Source: Myxococcota bacterium
Lineage (GTDB): Bacteria > Myxococcota_A > UBA9160 > JAFDDA01
DNA: 64,000 nucleotides
Direction of reading: 5' to 3'
NCBI GenBank assembly: GCA_965228475.1
Contig: OZ245817.1
Location: 256,001 to 320,000 of the forward strand
Shown here: positions 19,069 through 29,515 of the stretch, piece after piece
How the letters are laid out: each line of letters begins with the position of its first letter
Position numbering within the stretch: the first letter of the stretch is position 1
Notes under the pieces: model-generated
Database searches by the model: none
What the model was told of the DNA's origin: nothing
What the model saw: only the letters and a program-made list of their open reading frames with translations
Translations under genes and position numbers: made by a program

Positions 19069-20697
19069 TCAGGCGCTGACGGCGATCTGCGGCCGCGGAG
19101 CGACTCGCTGCGGCGCCCGCTCCCGGACGGGGTTCTGCAGGCGCTCGAGCCGCTCCTCGAGATCGAGGACGAGGTTCGCCGAGCGCCGCACGGAGATCGC
19201 GCTCTCCCCCGGTTCACCGGCGGCGATGCGGCGGCCGATCTCGTCGTACATCAGGCGATACGCGTCGAGCCGCGGGATCCGGCGCCGCCGCAGAACGCGG
19301 CTGCCGTTCTCGGCCTGGTAGCGCGACTGATCCTCGATCGTCACGGTGGCGCCGTTGGCGCGGAGCTCGACGTGGTCTCGGACCCCGAGGCGCCGGCTGC
19401 CCCGGTCGGTGAGGGCCATCGTGAAGAACGCACCGTTCTCGAGGGTGACGGAGGCGTTCAGCGACCCGTCCGGCGCAGCGGCGAGCTGCATGTCCGAGAC
19501 CGCAGCGAACTCGTTCAGGTAGAGGAAGTGGTCGAGCCAGTGGCAGCCGTTCGAGAGCAGGCGGCTTCGCGAGTTGGGCCAGCGGTACCAGTGGAGGGCC
19601 GGGAGCGGCACCTCGAAGACGACCGCGTGGTAGGAAACCGGCTCCCCGGGCTCGACGCCGAGGTCCTCGCGGGCCATGGCGTTGAAGGGCAGATAGCGCC
19701 GCTGGTAGCCGCTGAAGACGGAGCCGTTGCCTTCGCGCATGGCGGCGAGAAGCTCGCGAAGCTGCGGGCGCGTCGTCGCGATGGGCTTCTCGATGAGCAC
19801 CGCCGCGCCGCGCCGGAGCGCCTCGGCCGCCACGGGCGCGTGGGTGTGGTGGTAACCGGCGACGATGACGGCGTCGTGGGTCTGCTCGGAGAGGTGCGGG
19901 GAGCTGTCCCAGGTGACGCCGGCCGGGCGGCGGAGCGGGATCTGGGTCGGATCGATCTCGTGGATGCGGTCGACCGTCAGGTGGTTCCGGAGCGCCGGGA
20001 GGGCGACGGTCTTCGCGTAGTTGCCGTAGCCGAACAGGGCGGCGCGAGGCCGGCCGTCGATTCGATCCACCCGCGGAGCCGGCAGGACCGTGGCCGGCGC
20101 GGTCTCCGGCGCCGCGAAGGACTGTGCCTTCTTCCAATCCGCCTCGCGGACCGCGCGCCCGGCTTCCTTCATGAGGATCTCGAGCGCGGCGCTCGGAAGG
20201 TTCAGTCCGGCTTCCGCGTGCCATCCGCGGACCCCGACCCACCACGCGGCGCCATCGGAAGGTTGGAGCGCGAGATGGAGGAGCGTGTTCTTCGCCAGTT
20301 CGGGGACGGCGCCCGACTCCGCGGCCACCACGAGGCCTTCGGGTACGACGACGCCGTCGGTGCAGGCGGGACCTGCGGGAGACAGGAACACGACGCTCTC
20401 ACCGGTGCGCAGCTTCCCGCTCCCGGGGCACTCGACGACGCGGCCGAAGCCGCAGGAGACGAACTTCGCGTTGCGATGGCGCTCGCTCGTCCGGGAGAGG
20501 ACCTTGCGGGCCGTGGCCGTGGGGCCGATCTCGCGGAGGTAGTTCCAGACGAGCCGGGCGTTGCGCGGCTTGGTCGGGTAGAGCCCTTCGATGGCCTCGA
20601 GGTTCAGGAGGCCGCGGACCTGGATCCGGACCTCGTGCTCCCGGCGGTGGGGGTCGGCGAGACCCTCGACCCAGTCCTTTCCCAGCCGTGCGCGCAC
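19069..20697 (-). CDS. Gfo/Idh/MocA oxidoreductase with an extra N-terminal domain
   Basis: RBS AGGAGG before GTG 20697; GYGNYA, HHTHA, IEKP, GYQRRY, NGCHWLD. Confidence 0.8.
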   Translation of the reverse strand: MRARLGKDWVEGLADPHRREHEVRIQVRGLLNLEAIEGLYPTKPRNARLVWNYLREIGPTATARKVLSRTSERHRNAKFVSCGFGRVVECPGSGKLRTGESVVFLSPAGPACTDGVVVPEGLVVAAESGAVPELAKNTLLHLALQPSDGAAWWVGVRGWHAEAGLNLPSAALEILMKEAGRAVREADWKKAQSFAAPETAPATVLPAPRVDRIDGRPRAALFGYGNYAKTVALPALRNHLTVDRIHEIDPTQIPLRRPAGVTWDSSPHLSEQTHDAVIVAGYHHTHAPVAAEALRRGAAVLIEKPIATTRPQLRELLAAMREGNGSVFSGYQRRYLPFNAMAREDLGVEPGEPVSYHAVVFEVPLPALHWYRWPNSRSRLLSNGCHWLDHFLYLNEFAAVSDMQLAAAPDGSLNASVTLENGAFFTMALTDRGSRRLGVRDHVELRANGATVTIEDQSRYQAENGSRVLRRRRIPRLDAYRLMYDEIGRRIAAGEPGESAISVRRSANLVLDLEERLERLQNPVRERAPQRVAPRPQIAVSA

Positions 20698-20804
20698 GCA
20701 ACTCCTCCTACCGTGGAGTGGGAGGGAGCCGGTGTGTCGTGGCACAAGAAGTTGCGGCGCTCCGGAGAAAACCCGTAAATGGATGGATTTGCTATGGAAA
20801 TTGT

Positions 20805-21866
20805 TCAGCGGGTGGGGCGGAAGCAGTCCACGAGCCGCTTCGCGTAGGCGACCACGTGCCCCACCTTGGCCGCCTCCGTGCGGCCCAGGCGCACGACCAC
20901 GAGATCGAGCTTCGGGCTCATCAGGATGCGCTGGCCGAAGGCGCCGTTGCAGGAGAAGAGGCCGAGGCTCCCCGGGATCACCCAGAAGTGGGCGCCGTAG
21001 AGCCCGTCGGATTGGGGGCTCGGTGTGCGCACGTAGTCGACCCAGCCCTCGGGCAGGATCCGCCGGCCGTCGAAGACGCCGTCGCGCAGGTGGAGCAGGC
21101 CGAAGCGGGCGAAGTCCCGGGCCGAACAGTAACAGTGGCTTCCGCCGACGAAGGTCCCGGCTTCGTCGAAGCGCGGCTTGGCGGTCGTCATGCCGAGCGG
21201 TTCGAAGAGCTCTTTCGCCATGAAGGCGCGCATGCCGTCTTCACCGCCGCCGACGGTCTCCGAGACGAACCGCGAGAGCAGGTTGCTGGCGCCGCTGTTG
21301 TAGTTCCAGCGGGCCTCGGGCTCGGCGACCTTGGGCAGCGTCGCCGCGAAGCCGGCGACGTCGTCCTTGCCATGGCCGAACAGCATCGGGATGACGTCGG
21401 ACTCCTCCTCCGGGTAGTAGCGGACGGATCCGTTGCCGAGATGCTCGGCTTCGCGGAAGCGCAGCCCGTCGACCATGCGGAGCATCTGATCGACGGTGAT
21501 CGCGCGCCGCGGATCGCCCTCTCCCCACTCCTTCACGGGGATCGGCGCGTGGAGGTCGATGCGTCCTTCGCGCACGAGGATGCCGACGAGGGCGCAGGTG
21601 ATGCTCTTGGCCATGGACCAGGAGAGGAACGTGTCGTCCGGCGAGACGTCCGGCGCGTAGCGTTCCGCCACGATCGCGCCGTGCTGGACGATCACGACGC
21701 CGTGCGTGCGTTCGAGATCGTCGGGTTCGGGCTGCGCGAAGGCGTGGTCGAGCAGGGCCTCGAGCGCGTCGCGGTCGACGGCCGGGTCGAGCGGCGCTTC
21801 GGGCCACGCGGTGGTGGGCCAGGGGGTCTCGGCAGGCTGGGTCGGGAGCGGGAGGAGGTCCGGCAT
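20805..21866 (-). CDS. Serine hydrolase, beta-lactamase class C-like
   Basis: SWSMAKS (SxxK), WNYNSG, LFEPLGM, RDFARFG. Confidence 0.88.
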   Translation of the reverse strand: MPDLLPLPTQPAETPWPTTAWPEAPLDPAVDRDALEALLDHAFAQPEPDDLERTHGVVIVQHGAIVAERYAPDVSPDDTFLSWSMAKSITCALVGILVREGRIDLHAPIPVKEWGEGDPRRAITVDQMLRMVDGLRFREAEHLGNGSVRYYPEEESDVIPMLFGHGKDDVAGFAATLPKVAEPEARWNYNSGASNLLSRFVSETVGGGEDGMRAFMAKELFEPLGMTTAKPRFDEAGTFVGGSHCYCSARDFARFGLLHLRDGVFDGRRILPEGWVDYVRTPSPQSDGLYGAHFWVIPGSLGLFSCNGAFGQRILMSPKLDLVVVRLGRTEAAKVGHVVAYAKRLVDCFRPTR

Positions 21867-21987
21867 GGCGGGAGCATACCATTCGGGTCTTTCCGACCTC
21901 GGCGGGGTCTCTCCGAACTCGGAGCAAGGTCTGCCCGCGGCCGATGGTTCTTGAAAAGGCTCATCCGTTCTCAGAGACTGTTCGGCC

Positions 21988-24261
21988 ATGCGAAGACACA
22001 GCGCGTTCGGGGCCTTGGCTTCTCTTCTCCTGCTCACGGGGGCGGGCTGCGGCGGCAGCGAGCGGGACGCCGGCGTGATCGAGGGGCCGGGCCGCACGGC
22101 CGAGGCCATCGAGGCCGTCGAACGCGGACAGGAAGCGGGCCGGGCGGGCGTCGACGGCGTCGCGGGGGGAGCGCGCTCGGCGCCTCCGCGGCAGATCCTC
22201 TTCGGCGACCTCCACGTCCATACCACCTTCTCCCTGGACGCGTTCTTCTTCTCGCTGCCCGTCGTCGCGGGAGAGGGGGCGCATCCCCCGGCCGACGCCT
22301 GCGACTACGCGCGGCACTGTTCGCAGCTCGACTTCTTCGCCCTGACGGATCACGCGATGGGGATCTCGCGGGAGCACTGGGACGCGACGAAAGAAAGCCT
22401 TCGCCAGTGCCAGGCCCGCGCCGGCGATCCGGCGGACCCGGACATCGTGGCGCTCGCGGGCTGGGAGTGGACGCAGGTCGGCACGCGGCCGGACGATCAC
22501 TGGGGACACAAGAACGTGATCTTCCCCGGGCTCGCGGACGAAGAGCTGCCCGCGCGTCCGATCAACTCCTTGACCGACGAGCAGGCCGAGCTGGCCGGTT
22601 CCGGAGGCGGAGGGCGCCGTTGGGCGGGCGTCGGGACCAAGGTGATCGGTGCCCTCGATCCCCTCGGCTGGAGCGAGTACGCGGACTACGGTGCCTACCT
22701 CGAGCAGCTCGCCGAGCGCGAGGTCTGCGAGCGCGGCGTCGACACGCGCGAGCTCCCGCCGGATTGCGCCGAGAACGCGCCGACCCCGGGCGTGCTCTTC
22801 GAGAAGCTCGCCCAGTGGGGCCACCCCGTGATGGTGATTCCGCACGGAACGACCTGGGGGCTCTACTCGCCGCCGGGGACCGAACTCGACAAGCAGCTCA
22901 CCCGCTCGGAGCACGACCCGAAGGTGCAGGGGGTGATGGAGATCATGTCGGGCCACGGCAACTCGGAGGAGTACCGGAGCTTCCGCGCCGTCGAGCACGA
23001 AGGCGGGGAGGCGGTGTGCCCGGAGCCGAGCGAAGGCTTCATGCCGTGCTGCTGGCGGGCGGGCGAGATCATGCGCGAGCGCTGCGGCGAGCGGTCGAGC
23101 GAGGAGTGCGAAGAACTCGTCTCCCTCGCGCGACAGTACACGCTCGAAGCGGGGGTGAATCCGCAGCAGGTCTTTCCGGATACGCGCGGCGAGGATTGGC
23201 TCGACTGCGATCAGTGCCGCGACTGCTTCAAACCCTCCCTCGGCTACCGCCCGAAGGGTTCCGCCCAGTACGCCCTGGCGCTCGGGAACTTCGACGAACC
23301 GGACGACGCCGGTGACCCGATGCGCTTCCGGTTCCGCTTCATCGCTTCGAGCGACAACCACACCGCCCGCCCCGGCACGGGCTACAAGCAGTACGAGCGG
23401 CGCCGGATGACCGAGTCGACGGGGACGCGATCGGCCTTCTACGACCGGCTCTTCCGCTGGGCCCAGCAGCGTCCGCTCGGCGAGTGGGAGCCGGGGACGC
23501 CGACCGAGCCCCCGCCGCCCGGCCCGACGATCCGCGGTGCCGACACCGAGCGCGTGGCGAGCTTCCTCTACCCGGGCGGCCTCGCGGCCGTGCACGCTGA
23601 CGGCCGCAGCCGCGAAGCGGTCTGGGACGCGCTCCAGCGCGGCGAGATCTACGGAACGAGCGGCCCCCGGATCCTGCTCTGGTTCGACCTCTTGAACGGG
23701 AGCGAGGGGCCCGTGCCCATGGGCAGCGAGGCCGAGCTCGCCTCGGCGCCGCGCTTCGAGGTGCGCGCGGTCGGATCCTTCGTCCAGCAGGAAGGCTGCT
23801 CCGAGGAGAGCACGAGCGCCCTCTCCGAGGAGCGGCTCGACTACCTCTGCCGCGGCGAGTGCTACCACCCGAGCGACGAGCGTCACCCGATCGCGGCCAT
23901 CGAGGTCGTCCGCATCCGTCCGCAGATCCGGCCGGACGAGCCCATCGAAGATCTGATCGAGGATCCCTGGCGGCGCTTCGAGTGCGACCCGAACCGCGCC
24001 GAAGGCTGCGTCGTGCGGTTCGGCGACCCGGAGTTCGACCGCATCGCGCGCGACGCCGTCTACTACGTGCGCGCCATCCAGGAAGAGACCCCGGCGGTCA
24101 ACGGCGCGAACCTGCGCACCGAGTTCGACGCCGAGGGCCGCCCGGTGAGCACCGAGCCCTGCTTCGGCGACTTCCGCACGCCCTTCGACGAGGACTGCCT
24201 CGCCCCCGTGCAGGAGCGCGCCTGGTCCTCGCCGATCTTCGTGGGCCACGCGGGGAGCTGA
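21988..24261 (+). CDS. DUF3604 domain (PHP-like metallohydrolase) lipoprotein
   Basis: Lipobox GAGC; FGDLHVHTTFSLDA, LDFFALTDH, GWEWT, ASSDNH, YGTSGPRI, QERAWSSPIF. Confidence 0.88.
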   Translation: MRRHSAFGALASLLLLTGAGCGGSERDAGVIEGPGRTAEAIEAVERGQEAGRAGVDGVAGGARSAPPRQILFGDLHVHTTFSLDAFFFSLPVVAGEGAHPPADACDYARHCSQLDFFALTDHAMGISREHWDATKESLRQCQARAGDPADPDIVALAGWEWTQVGTRPDDHWGHKNVIFPGLADEELPARPINSLTDEQAELAGSGGGGRRWAGVGTKVIGALDPLGWSEYADYGAYLEQLAEREVCERGVDTRELPPDCAENAPTPGVLFEKLAQWGHPVMVIPHGTTWGLYSPPGTELDKQLTRSEHDPKVQGVMEIMSGHGNSEEYRSFRAVEHEGGEAVCPEPSEGFMPCCWRAGEIMRERCGERSSEECEELVSLARQYTLEAGVNPQQVFPDTRGEDWLDCDQCRDCFKPSLGYRPKGSAQYALALGNFDEPDDAGDPMRFRFRFIASSDNHTARPGTGYKQYERRRMTESTGTRSAFYDRLFRWAQQRPLGEWEPGTPTEPPPPGPTIRGADTERVASFLYPGGLAAVHADGRSREAVWDALQRGEIYGTSGPRILLWFDLLNGSEGPVPMGSEAELASAPRFEVRAVGSFVQQEGCSEESTSALSEERLDYLCRGECYHPSDERHPIAAIEVVRIRPQIRPDEPIEDLIEDPWRRFECDPNRAEGCVVRFGDPEFDRIARDAVYYVRAIQEETPAVNGANLRTEFDAEGRPVSTEPCFGDFRTPFDEDCLAPVQERAWSSPIFVGHAGS

Positions 24262-24358
24262 TCCGCCGCGGAGCGCTGCGGAAGACTTCTACCCCCGTGC
24301 GAAGAATCTTGCGTTTTTCGCGTCACCCGGAGGGCCGGGGTGGGTACTCACGGGGGCC

Positions 24359-24556
24359 ATGACGCTCGGCCAATGCGCAAACTGCATGATGAACGCGCCG
24401 CTCCTGCTTCGCCGCTTCAAGGGAGCTGCCTATCGCGCGTGGATCTGCGAAGACTGCGAGCGGTCGATCCCGCTCGACGAGCTGCGTCACCCGGAGCGCT
24501 CCGTGGCCCGCGCGGCCCCGGCCGCTCGAAGCGCGCCGCCGCCCCGCCAGCGCTAG
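24359..24556 (+). CDS. Small zinc-ribbon-like hypothetical protein
   Basis: CANC...CEDC double CxxC; fills the gap between flanking genes. Confidence 0.55.
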   Translation: MTLGQCANCMMNAPLLLRRFKGAAYRAWICEDCERSIPLDELRHPERSVARAAPAARSAPPPRQR

Positions 24557-24569
24557 CCGCGCCCGCCCT

Positions 24570-25667
24570 TCAATCCAGCCCGTAGAGCGCCGCGACGTTG
24601 CCGCCGAGCACGGCGCGCTTCTGCTCGCCGCTCATCCCCTCGGTCACCTCTTCCAGGATCCGCGCCGTGTGCGGGTACGTGCCGTCGCTGTGGGGGAAGT
24701 CGGTGGCCCAGAGCACGCGTTCGAGGTTCATGGCGCCGAGGACGTGCTTCACGCTGTAGTCGTCCTGGAAGGTCACGTAGACGTTCTCGTTCATGTACTC
24801 GCTCGGCATGCGCGAGAGGTCGCCGCCCGGCAGGTGGAAGCGGTGCCGCTCCCAGGCGTGGTCCATGCGGAAGTTGAAGTGAGGGACCCAGCCGGCGTCG
24901 GCTTCGACGCACACCACGCGCAGGTCCGGGTGACGCTCGAAGACGCCGCCGAGGATCATCATCATCATGATGTCCTGGTTCCCGCGCACGGTCACGATCT
25001 GGTAGACGAGCACCGGGCCGCGGATCTTGCCGCCGAGGTCGCCCTTGCTCGTCAGGATGTGGAAGGAGACCGGGAGCCCGAGCTCGACGCAGCGCTCCCA
25101 GATCGGGTCGTAGCAGGGGTGGTGGTAGTCCTCGAGGGTGGGCGTTCCGGGGAACATGACGCCGCGGAAGCCGGCGGCGGCCGCCGCTTCGATCTCGGCC
25201 AGGCCGTCCTCGATGGTGCGCAGGCTGACGAGTGGAATGCCGAGGAGACGCTTCGGCGCCGCTTCGCAGAAGGCCGCGAGCCAGCGGTTGTAGGCGTCGA
25301 AGCAGGCCTTCATGTAGTCCGGGTCGGGGTGGTTGCAGAGGGCCATGCCGACGCTCGGGTAGAGCACCTCGGCGGCGATGCCGTCCTCCTCCTGGATGGC
25401 GAGCCGCTCCTTGGCATCCCATCCCGAAGGGTGGAGCTCCTCCCAGCGCATCGGCTTGCCGAGGTCTTCCGGTGTGCGGCCGACGGTGCAGACCGTGCCG
25501 AGGGGGATGTTGATGCCGATGTCCGGGATCTCGAGGATGGCGGTGCCGCGCGCGTCGTAGCCCTTGCGCGGGCGGCGGTCCCGGAAGCGCGGGTCGATCT
25601 CCGCGTAGCAGTCCTCGGTTTCCGCGATGTGCGAATCGGCCGAGATGAGCGGATGGGGCTGTGCCAC
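24570..25667 (-). CDS. Amidohydrolase family protein (Amidohydro_2)
   Basis: ISADSHIAE, AYNRWLAAFC, PVSFH, GGVFERHPDLR..E..GW, WATDFPHSD; RBS GAGGAG. Confidence 0.9.
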   Translation of the reverse strand: MAQPHPLISADSHIAETEDCYAEIDPRFRDRRPRKGYDARGTAILEIPDIGINIPLGTVCTVGRTPEDLGKPMRWEELHPSGWDAKERLAIQEEDGIAAEVLYPSVGMALCNHPDPDYMKACFDAYNRWLAAFCEAAPKRLLGIPLVSLRTIEDGLAEIEAAAAAGFRGVMFPGTPTLEDYHHPCYDPIWERCVELGLPVSFHILTSKGDLGGKIRGPVLVYQIVTVRGNQDIMMMMILGGVFERHPDLRVVCVEADAGWVPHFNFRMDHAWERHRFHLPGGDLSRMPSEYMNENVYVTFQDDYSVKHVLGAMNLERVLWATDFPHSDGTYPHTARILEEVTEGMSGEQKRAVLGGNVAALYGLD

Positions 25668-25722
25668 GGCGGCTCCTCGCGACGGTCGGCGCAAAGCATA
25701 CCAGCCGGGCCCGGTCGGAGGG

Positions 25723-27345
25723 TCACGACTGCGGGGGGAGGGGCTCCTTGCCGAGGATCGCGTCGGCCGCCTTCTCGGCGATCATCATCACCGGGGCGTA
25801 GATGTTGGCGTTGGTGATCTTCGGCATCACCGAGGCGTCGACGACGCGCAGGCCCTCCGTGCCGTGGACGCGGAGGGAATCCGGGTCGACCACGGAGCCC
25901 TCGCCCGTTCCCATCTTGCAGGTGCACGAGGGGTGGAGGGCCGTCTCTCCTTCGTGGGCGACCCATTCGAGGATCTCCTTCTCGGTCTCGACCTCGGGCC
26001 CTGGCGAGAGCTCTCCGAGGTCGAACTCCCGGAAGGCCGCCTGGTCGAAGATGCGGCGCGCGCACTGGATCGCTTCGACCCATTCGCGGCGGTCCTGCTC
26101 GGTCGACAGGTAGTTGAAGCGCAGGCTCGGCTGCTCGCGCGGGTCGGCGGAGCGGATGCGGAGGGAGCCGCGCGCGTCCGAGAGCATGGGGCCGATGTGA
26201 AGCTGGTAGCCGTGTCCCGGCGTCGGGCGCGTGCCGTCGTAGCGGATGGCCAGCGGAAGGAAGTGGATCATCAGGTTCGGGTAGGGCTCGCGCGGGTTGC
26301 TGCGCACGAAGCCGCCGGCCTCGAAGTGGTTGCTCATGCCCGGCCCCGTCCCCGCGAGCCACTGCATGCCGATCCACGGCCGCCAGTGCCAGCGCACGCT
26401 CGGCGCCATCGAGACGGGCTGCGAGCAGGCGTGCTGCACGTAGACCTCGAGGTGATCCTGCAGGTTCGCACCGACGCCCGGCAGGTCGTGGCGCACGTCG
26501 ATGCCGACGTCGCGCAGGAGCGCGGCGGGGCCGATGCCCGAGAGCTGGAGGAGCTGCGGCGAGTTGATCGCGCCCCCGGCGCAGATCACCTCGCCGGCGG
26601 CGACGCGCCGTATGCGTCCGCGGTGCAGGAACTCGACGCCCGTCGCGCGCCGGCCCTCGAAGAGGATGCGCGTCGCGAAGGCGCGGCTCTGGACGTGGAG
26701 GTTCGGCCGGGACTTCACCGGGTGAAGGTACGCGCGCGCGGCGCTCCGCCGCAGGCCGCGCCGGAGGTTCCGGTCGAATCGCCCGAAGCCTTCCTGGCAC
26801 TCGCCGTTCACGTCGTCGGTGCGCGCATGGCCGGCCTGTTCGGCGGCGGCGAAGAAGGCATCGAAGAGCGGTCCTCGGGCGGGTCCTCGCTCGAGCGCCA
26901 GGGGGCCGGTGCGGCCGCGGTAGGCGTCGTCGCCGTGCTCGCAGCTTTCCATCCGCTTGAAGTAGGGGAGGCAGTGCGCGTAGCTCCAGCGCTCGAGCCC
27001 GGGTTCGCGCGCCCAGCCGTCGTAGTCGGCGCGGTTGCCGCGCTGGAAGATCATGCCGTTGATGCTGCTCGATCCGCCGAGGAGCTTGCCGCGCGCGTGG
27101 TAGATCTCGCGGCCCGCCATGTGGGGCTCCGGCTCGGAGCGGTAGCCCCAATCGTAGAAGCGGCTGCCGAGGGGGAGCATCAGGGCCGCGGGCATGTGGA
27201 TCGCGACGTCCCACCAGGCGTCCGGACGGCCGGCCTCGAGGACGAGGACCCGGTGGTTCGGGTCCGCGCTCAAGCGGTTGGCGAGGGCGCAGCCCGCGGA
27301 GCCGCCGCCGACGATGACGAAGTCGTAGGTCTCTTCGCGACGCAT
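25723..27345 (-). CDS. betA: Choline dehydrogenase (GMC oxidoreductase)
   Basis: [50 protein letters not shown]; divergent BCCT transporter. Confidence 0.88.
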   Translation of the reverse strand: MRREETYDFVIVGGGSAGCALANRLSADPNHRVLVLEAGRPDAWWDVAIHMPAALMLPLGSRFYDWGYRSEPEPHMAGREIYHARGKLLGGSSSINGMIFQRGNRADYDGWAREPGLERWSYAHCLPYFKRMESCEHGDDAYRGRTGPLALERGPARGPLFDAFFAAAEQAGHARTDDVNGECQEGFGRFDRNLRRGLRRSAARAYLHPVKSRPNLHVQSRAFATRILFEGRRATGVEFLHRGRIRRVAAGEVICAGGAINSPQLLQLSGIGPAALLRDVGIDVRHDLPGVGANLQDHLEVYVQHACSQPVSMAPSVRWHWRPWIGMQWLAGTGPGMSNHFEAGGFVRSNPREPYPNLMIHFLPLAIRYDGTRPTPGHGYQLHIGPMLSDARGSLRIRSADPREQPSLRFNYLSTEQDRREWVEAIQCARRIFDQAAFREFDLGELSPGPEVETEKEILEWVAHEGETALHPSCTCKMGTGEGSVVDPDSLRVHGTEGLRVVDASVMPKITNANIYAPVMMIAEKAADAILGKEPLPPQS

Positions 27346-27352
27346 GGCGGGT

Positions 27353-27892
27353 TCAGCCTCGGGTCATCTCGCGCAGCGCGCGGAGGGTGTCCGCGCCGAG
27401 TTCGCCTTCGAGCTGGGGCAGGCCGAGCAGGGCCGAGAGCCAGAGGCCGTCGGCGGCGAGGCGGACGAGGGTGGCGGTGGTCGGGTCGAGGCCGTCGTCG
27501 CGCAGCCGCTCGTGCCAGCGCTCGAAGCGTTTCCGGACCTCGGCCATGTGGGCCGAGTCCCGGCCGAGGGTGGCGAGGATGCCGGCCATGAGCTGCGCCG
27601 AGTTGTCGGCGGGCTTGCCCTCTTCGGTGACGGTCGTCGCGAGGTAGGCGCGGGTGAAAGCGCCGGGCGTCGGATCGTCGGCGCCGAGGGTGTCGAGCTG
27701 GTGGTCGAATCGCTCGAGCATGCGCTCGCACAGGCCCGCGACGAGGGCCTCCTTCGAGCCGAAGTGGTAGAGGAGCCCGCCCTTGCTGACCCCCGCCGCG
27801 GCGGCGATGGCGTCGAGGACGAGGCCGCCGGGGCCCTCGGTGAGGAGGCGCTCCTCGGCTGCGTTCAGGACTCGCTCGCGGGTGTCGCTCAT
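27353..27892 (-). CDS. TetR family regulator
   Basis: LDAIAAAAGVSKGGLLYHFGSKEAL; RLAADGLW C-terminal motif. Confidence 0.9.
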   Translation of the reverse strand: MSDTRERVLNAAEERLLTEGPGGLVLDAIAAAAGVSKGGLLYHFGSKEALVAGLCERMLERFDHQLDTLGADDPTPGAFTRAYLATTVTEEGKPADNSAQLMAGILATLGRDSAHMAEVRKRFERWHERLRDDGLDPTTATLVRLAADGLWLSALLGLPQLEGELGADTLRALREMTRG

Positions 27893-27901
27893 GGGGTGGA
27901 C

Positions 27902-27921
27902 TATACCGTCTGGACGGTATA
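27902..27921. promoter_or_regulatory. Perfect palindromic TetR operator between divergent tetR-betA and BCCT genes
   Basis: TATACCGTC-TG-GACGGTATA. Confidence 0.85.
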
Positions 27922-27990
27922 TTTCAAAACCTCCCGTTCTTCCTCGGGAATCCGTGCCATCATGTCTCTCCTTCCCATGGCGAACCCGGC

Positions 27991-29502
27991 TTGAAGCAGC
28001 TCCTGGCCCGCATCGGCCTCCCGAACCCCATCTCCTGGATCGCGGTCGCCGGCCTGCTCCTGTTCGTGTTCGGAGCCGTCGCCTCGATCGAGACCGCGAG
28101 CGCCGTTCTCACCGGCGCGAAGGACGGGGTCCTCGGGCGGTTCGACTGGCTCTTCGTCGGCGTCGCGAGCGCAGCGGTCGGGGTGGTGGCGTTCCTCTCG
28201 GTCTATCCGCGCGCGAACGTGCGGCTCGGGCCCGAGGGCGCGCGCCCCGAGTTCGGGAACCTGCCCTGGTTCGCGATGCTCTTCTCGGCGGGTCTCGCTT
28301 CGGGCCTGCTCTACTGGGCGGCGGCGGAGCCCATCCTCCACTTCGCGGAGAACCCGTTCCTCGCGGCCGCCGGCGGCGGGCCGGATGCCGCCGTCCGGAC
28401 GGCGATGCGCATCACGGTCCTCCACTGGGGGCTCCACGGCTGGGCGTTCTACGTGCTCGCCGCGCTCGCGATCTCGGTCTACAGCTACCGCCACGGCCGC
28501 CCGCTGACCTTCCGCTCGGCGCTCTACCCGGTGCTCGGGCCCCGTTGGATCGATCGCTGGCCCGGGCACGCCGTGGATCTGCTCGCGCTGTTCGGGACGG
28601 TCTGCGGCGTCGCGACGTCGATCGGGATCTCCGCCGCCGGCATGAATGCGACCCTCGGCGCACTCCTCGGGCTCGACGTCGCGATCTCCAACCAGATGGG
28701 CATCGTGTTCTCCGTCTGCGCGCTCGGCATCCTCTCGGCGCTCTCCGGTCTGGCGCGGGGGATCCGGCGGCTCTCGGAGCTCAACGTCTGGGTGAGCGGC
28801 GCACTCCTGCTCGTCTTCGTCGCGCTCGGCCCGACGCTCTTCCTCGGCGAACTCCTCGCACGCACGACCCTCGACTACCTCGTGAACGTTCTCCCGGCCG
28901 GTGCCTGGCTCGGCACCGCCGAGCCCGACCGCGCGTGGCAAGGCGCCTGGACGGTCTTCTATTGGGGCTGGTGGCTCGCGTGGACGCCCTTCGTGAGCCT
29001 CTTCATCGCGCGCATCTCGCGCGGCCGGACCGTTCGCGAGTTCGCCGTCGCCGTGATGCTGGTGCCGACCGGCGTGATCCTCGTGTGGATGACGGTCTTC
29101 GGCGGGACGGCGCTCCACCAGGAGCTCTCGAGCGCCGGCGCCGTGAGCGCCGCGGTCGGCCGAGACTACAGCCTCGGCATCGTCGCCGTCGTCCAGAACC
29201 TCGGGGTTTCCGCGATCACGCCCGTCCTGCTGGCGACCGCTGCCTTCCTGCTCTTCACCTGGCTGATCACCTCGCTCGACTCCGCGACGCTCGTCGTGTG
29301 TCACCTGCTCGGCGCGGCGGAGTCGCGGGGGGCGAAGGTCTTCTGGGGCCTCGCGCTCGCCGCGGTGACCGCCGGGCTGCTTCGCGTGGGCGGCCTCCCG
29401 GCCCTGCAGGCGGCGTCGGTCGTGGTCGGCCTTCCCCTCGCGCTGCTGATGGTCCTGCTCGGCGGCGGCCTGCTCCGCGACGCGGTGCGCGGCCGCCTCT
29501 AG
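27991..29502 (+). CDS. BCCT family (betaine/carnitine/choline) transporter
   Basis: WFAMLFSAG, HWGLHGWAFY, WTVFYWGWWLAWTPFVSLFIARISRGRTVREF, TSLDS; TTG start uncertain. Confidence 0.92.
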   Translation: MKQLLARIGLPNPISWIAVAGLLLFVFGAVASIETASAVLTGAKDGVLGRFDWLFVGVASAAVGVVAFLSVYPRANVRLGPEGARPEFGNLPWFAMLFSAGLASGLLYWAAAEPILHFAENPFLAAAGGGPDAAVRTAMRITVLHWGLHGWAFYVLAALAISVYSYRHGRPLTFRSALYPVLGPRWIDRWPGHAVDLLALFGTVCGVATSIGISAAGMNATLGALLGLDVAISNQMGIVFSVCALGILSALSGLARGIRRLSELNVWVSGALLLVFVALGPTLFLGELLARTTLDYLVNVLPAGAWLGTAEPDRAWQGAWTVFYWGWWLAWTPFVSLFIARISRGRTVREFAVAVMLVPTGVILVWMTVFGGTALHQELSSAGAVSAAVGRDYSLGIVAVVQNLGVSAITPVLLATAAFLLFTWLITSLDSATLVVCHLLGAAESRGAKVFWGLALAAVTAGLLRVGGLPALQAASVVVGLPLALLMVLLGGGLLRDAVRGRL

Positions 29503-29515
29503 GGGCAGCGTCTCT

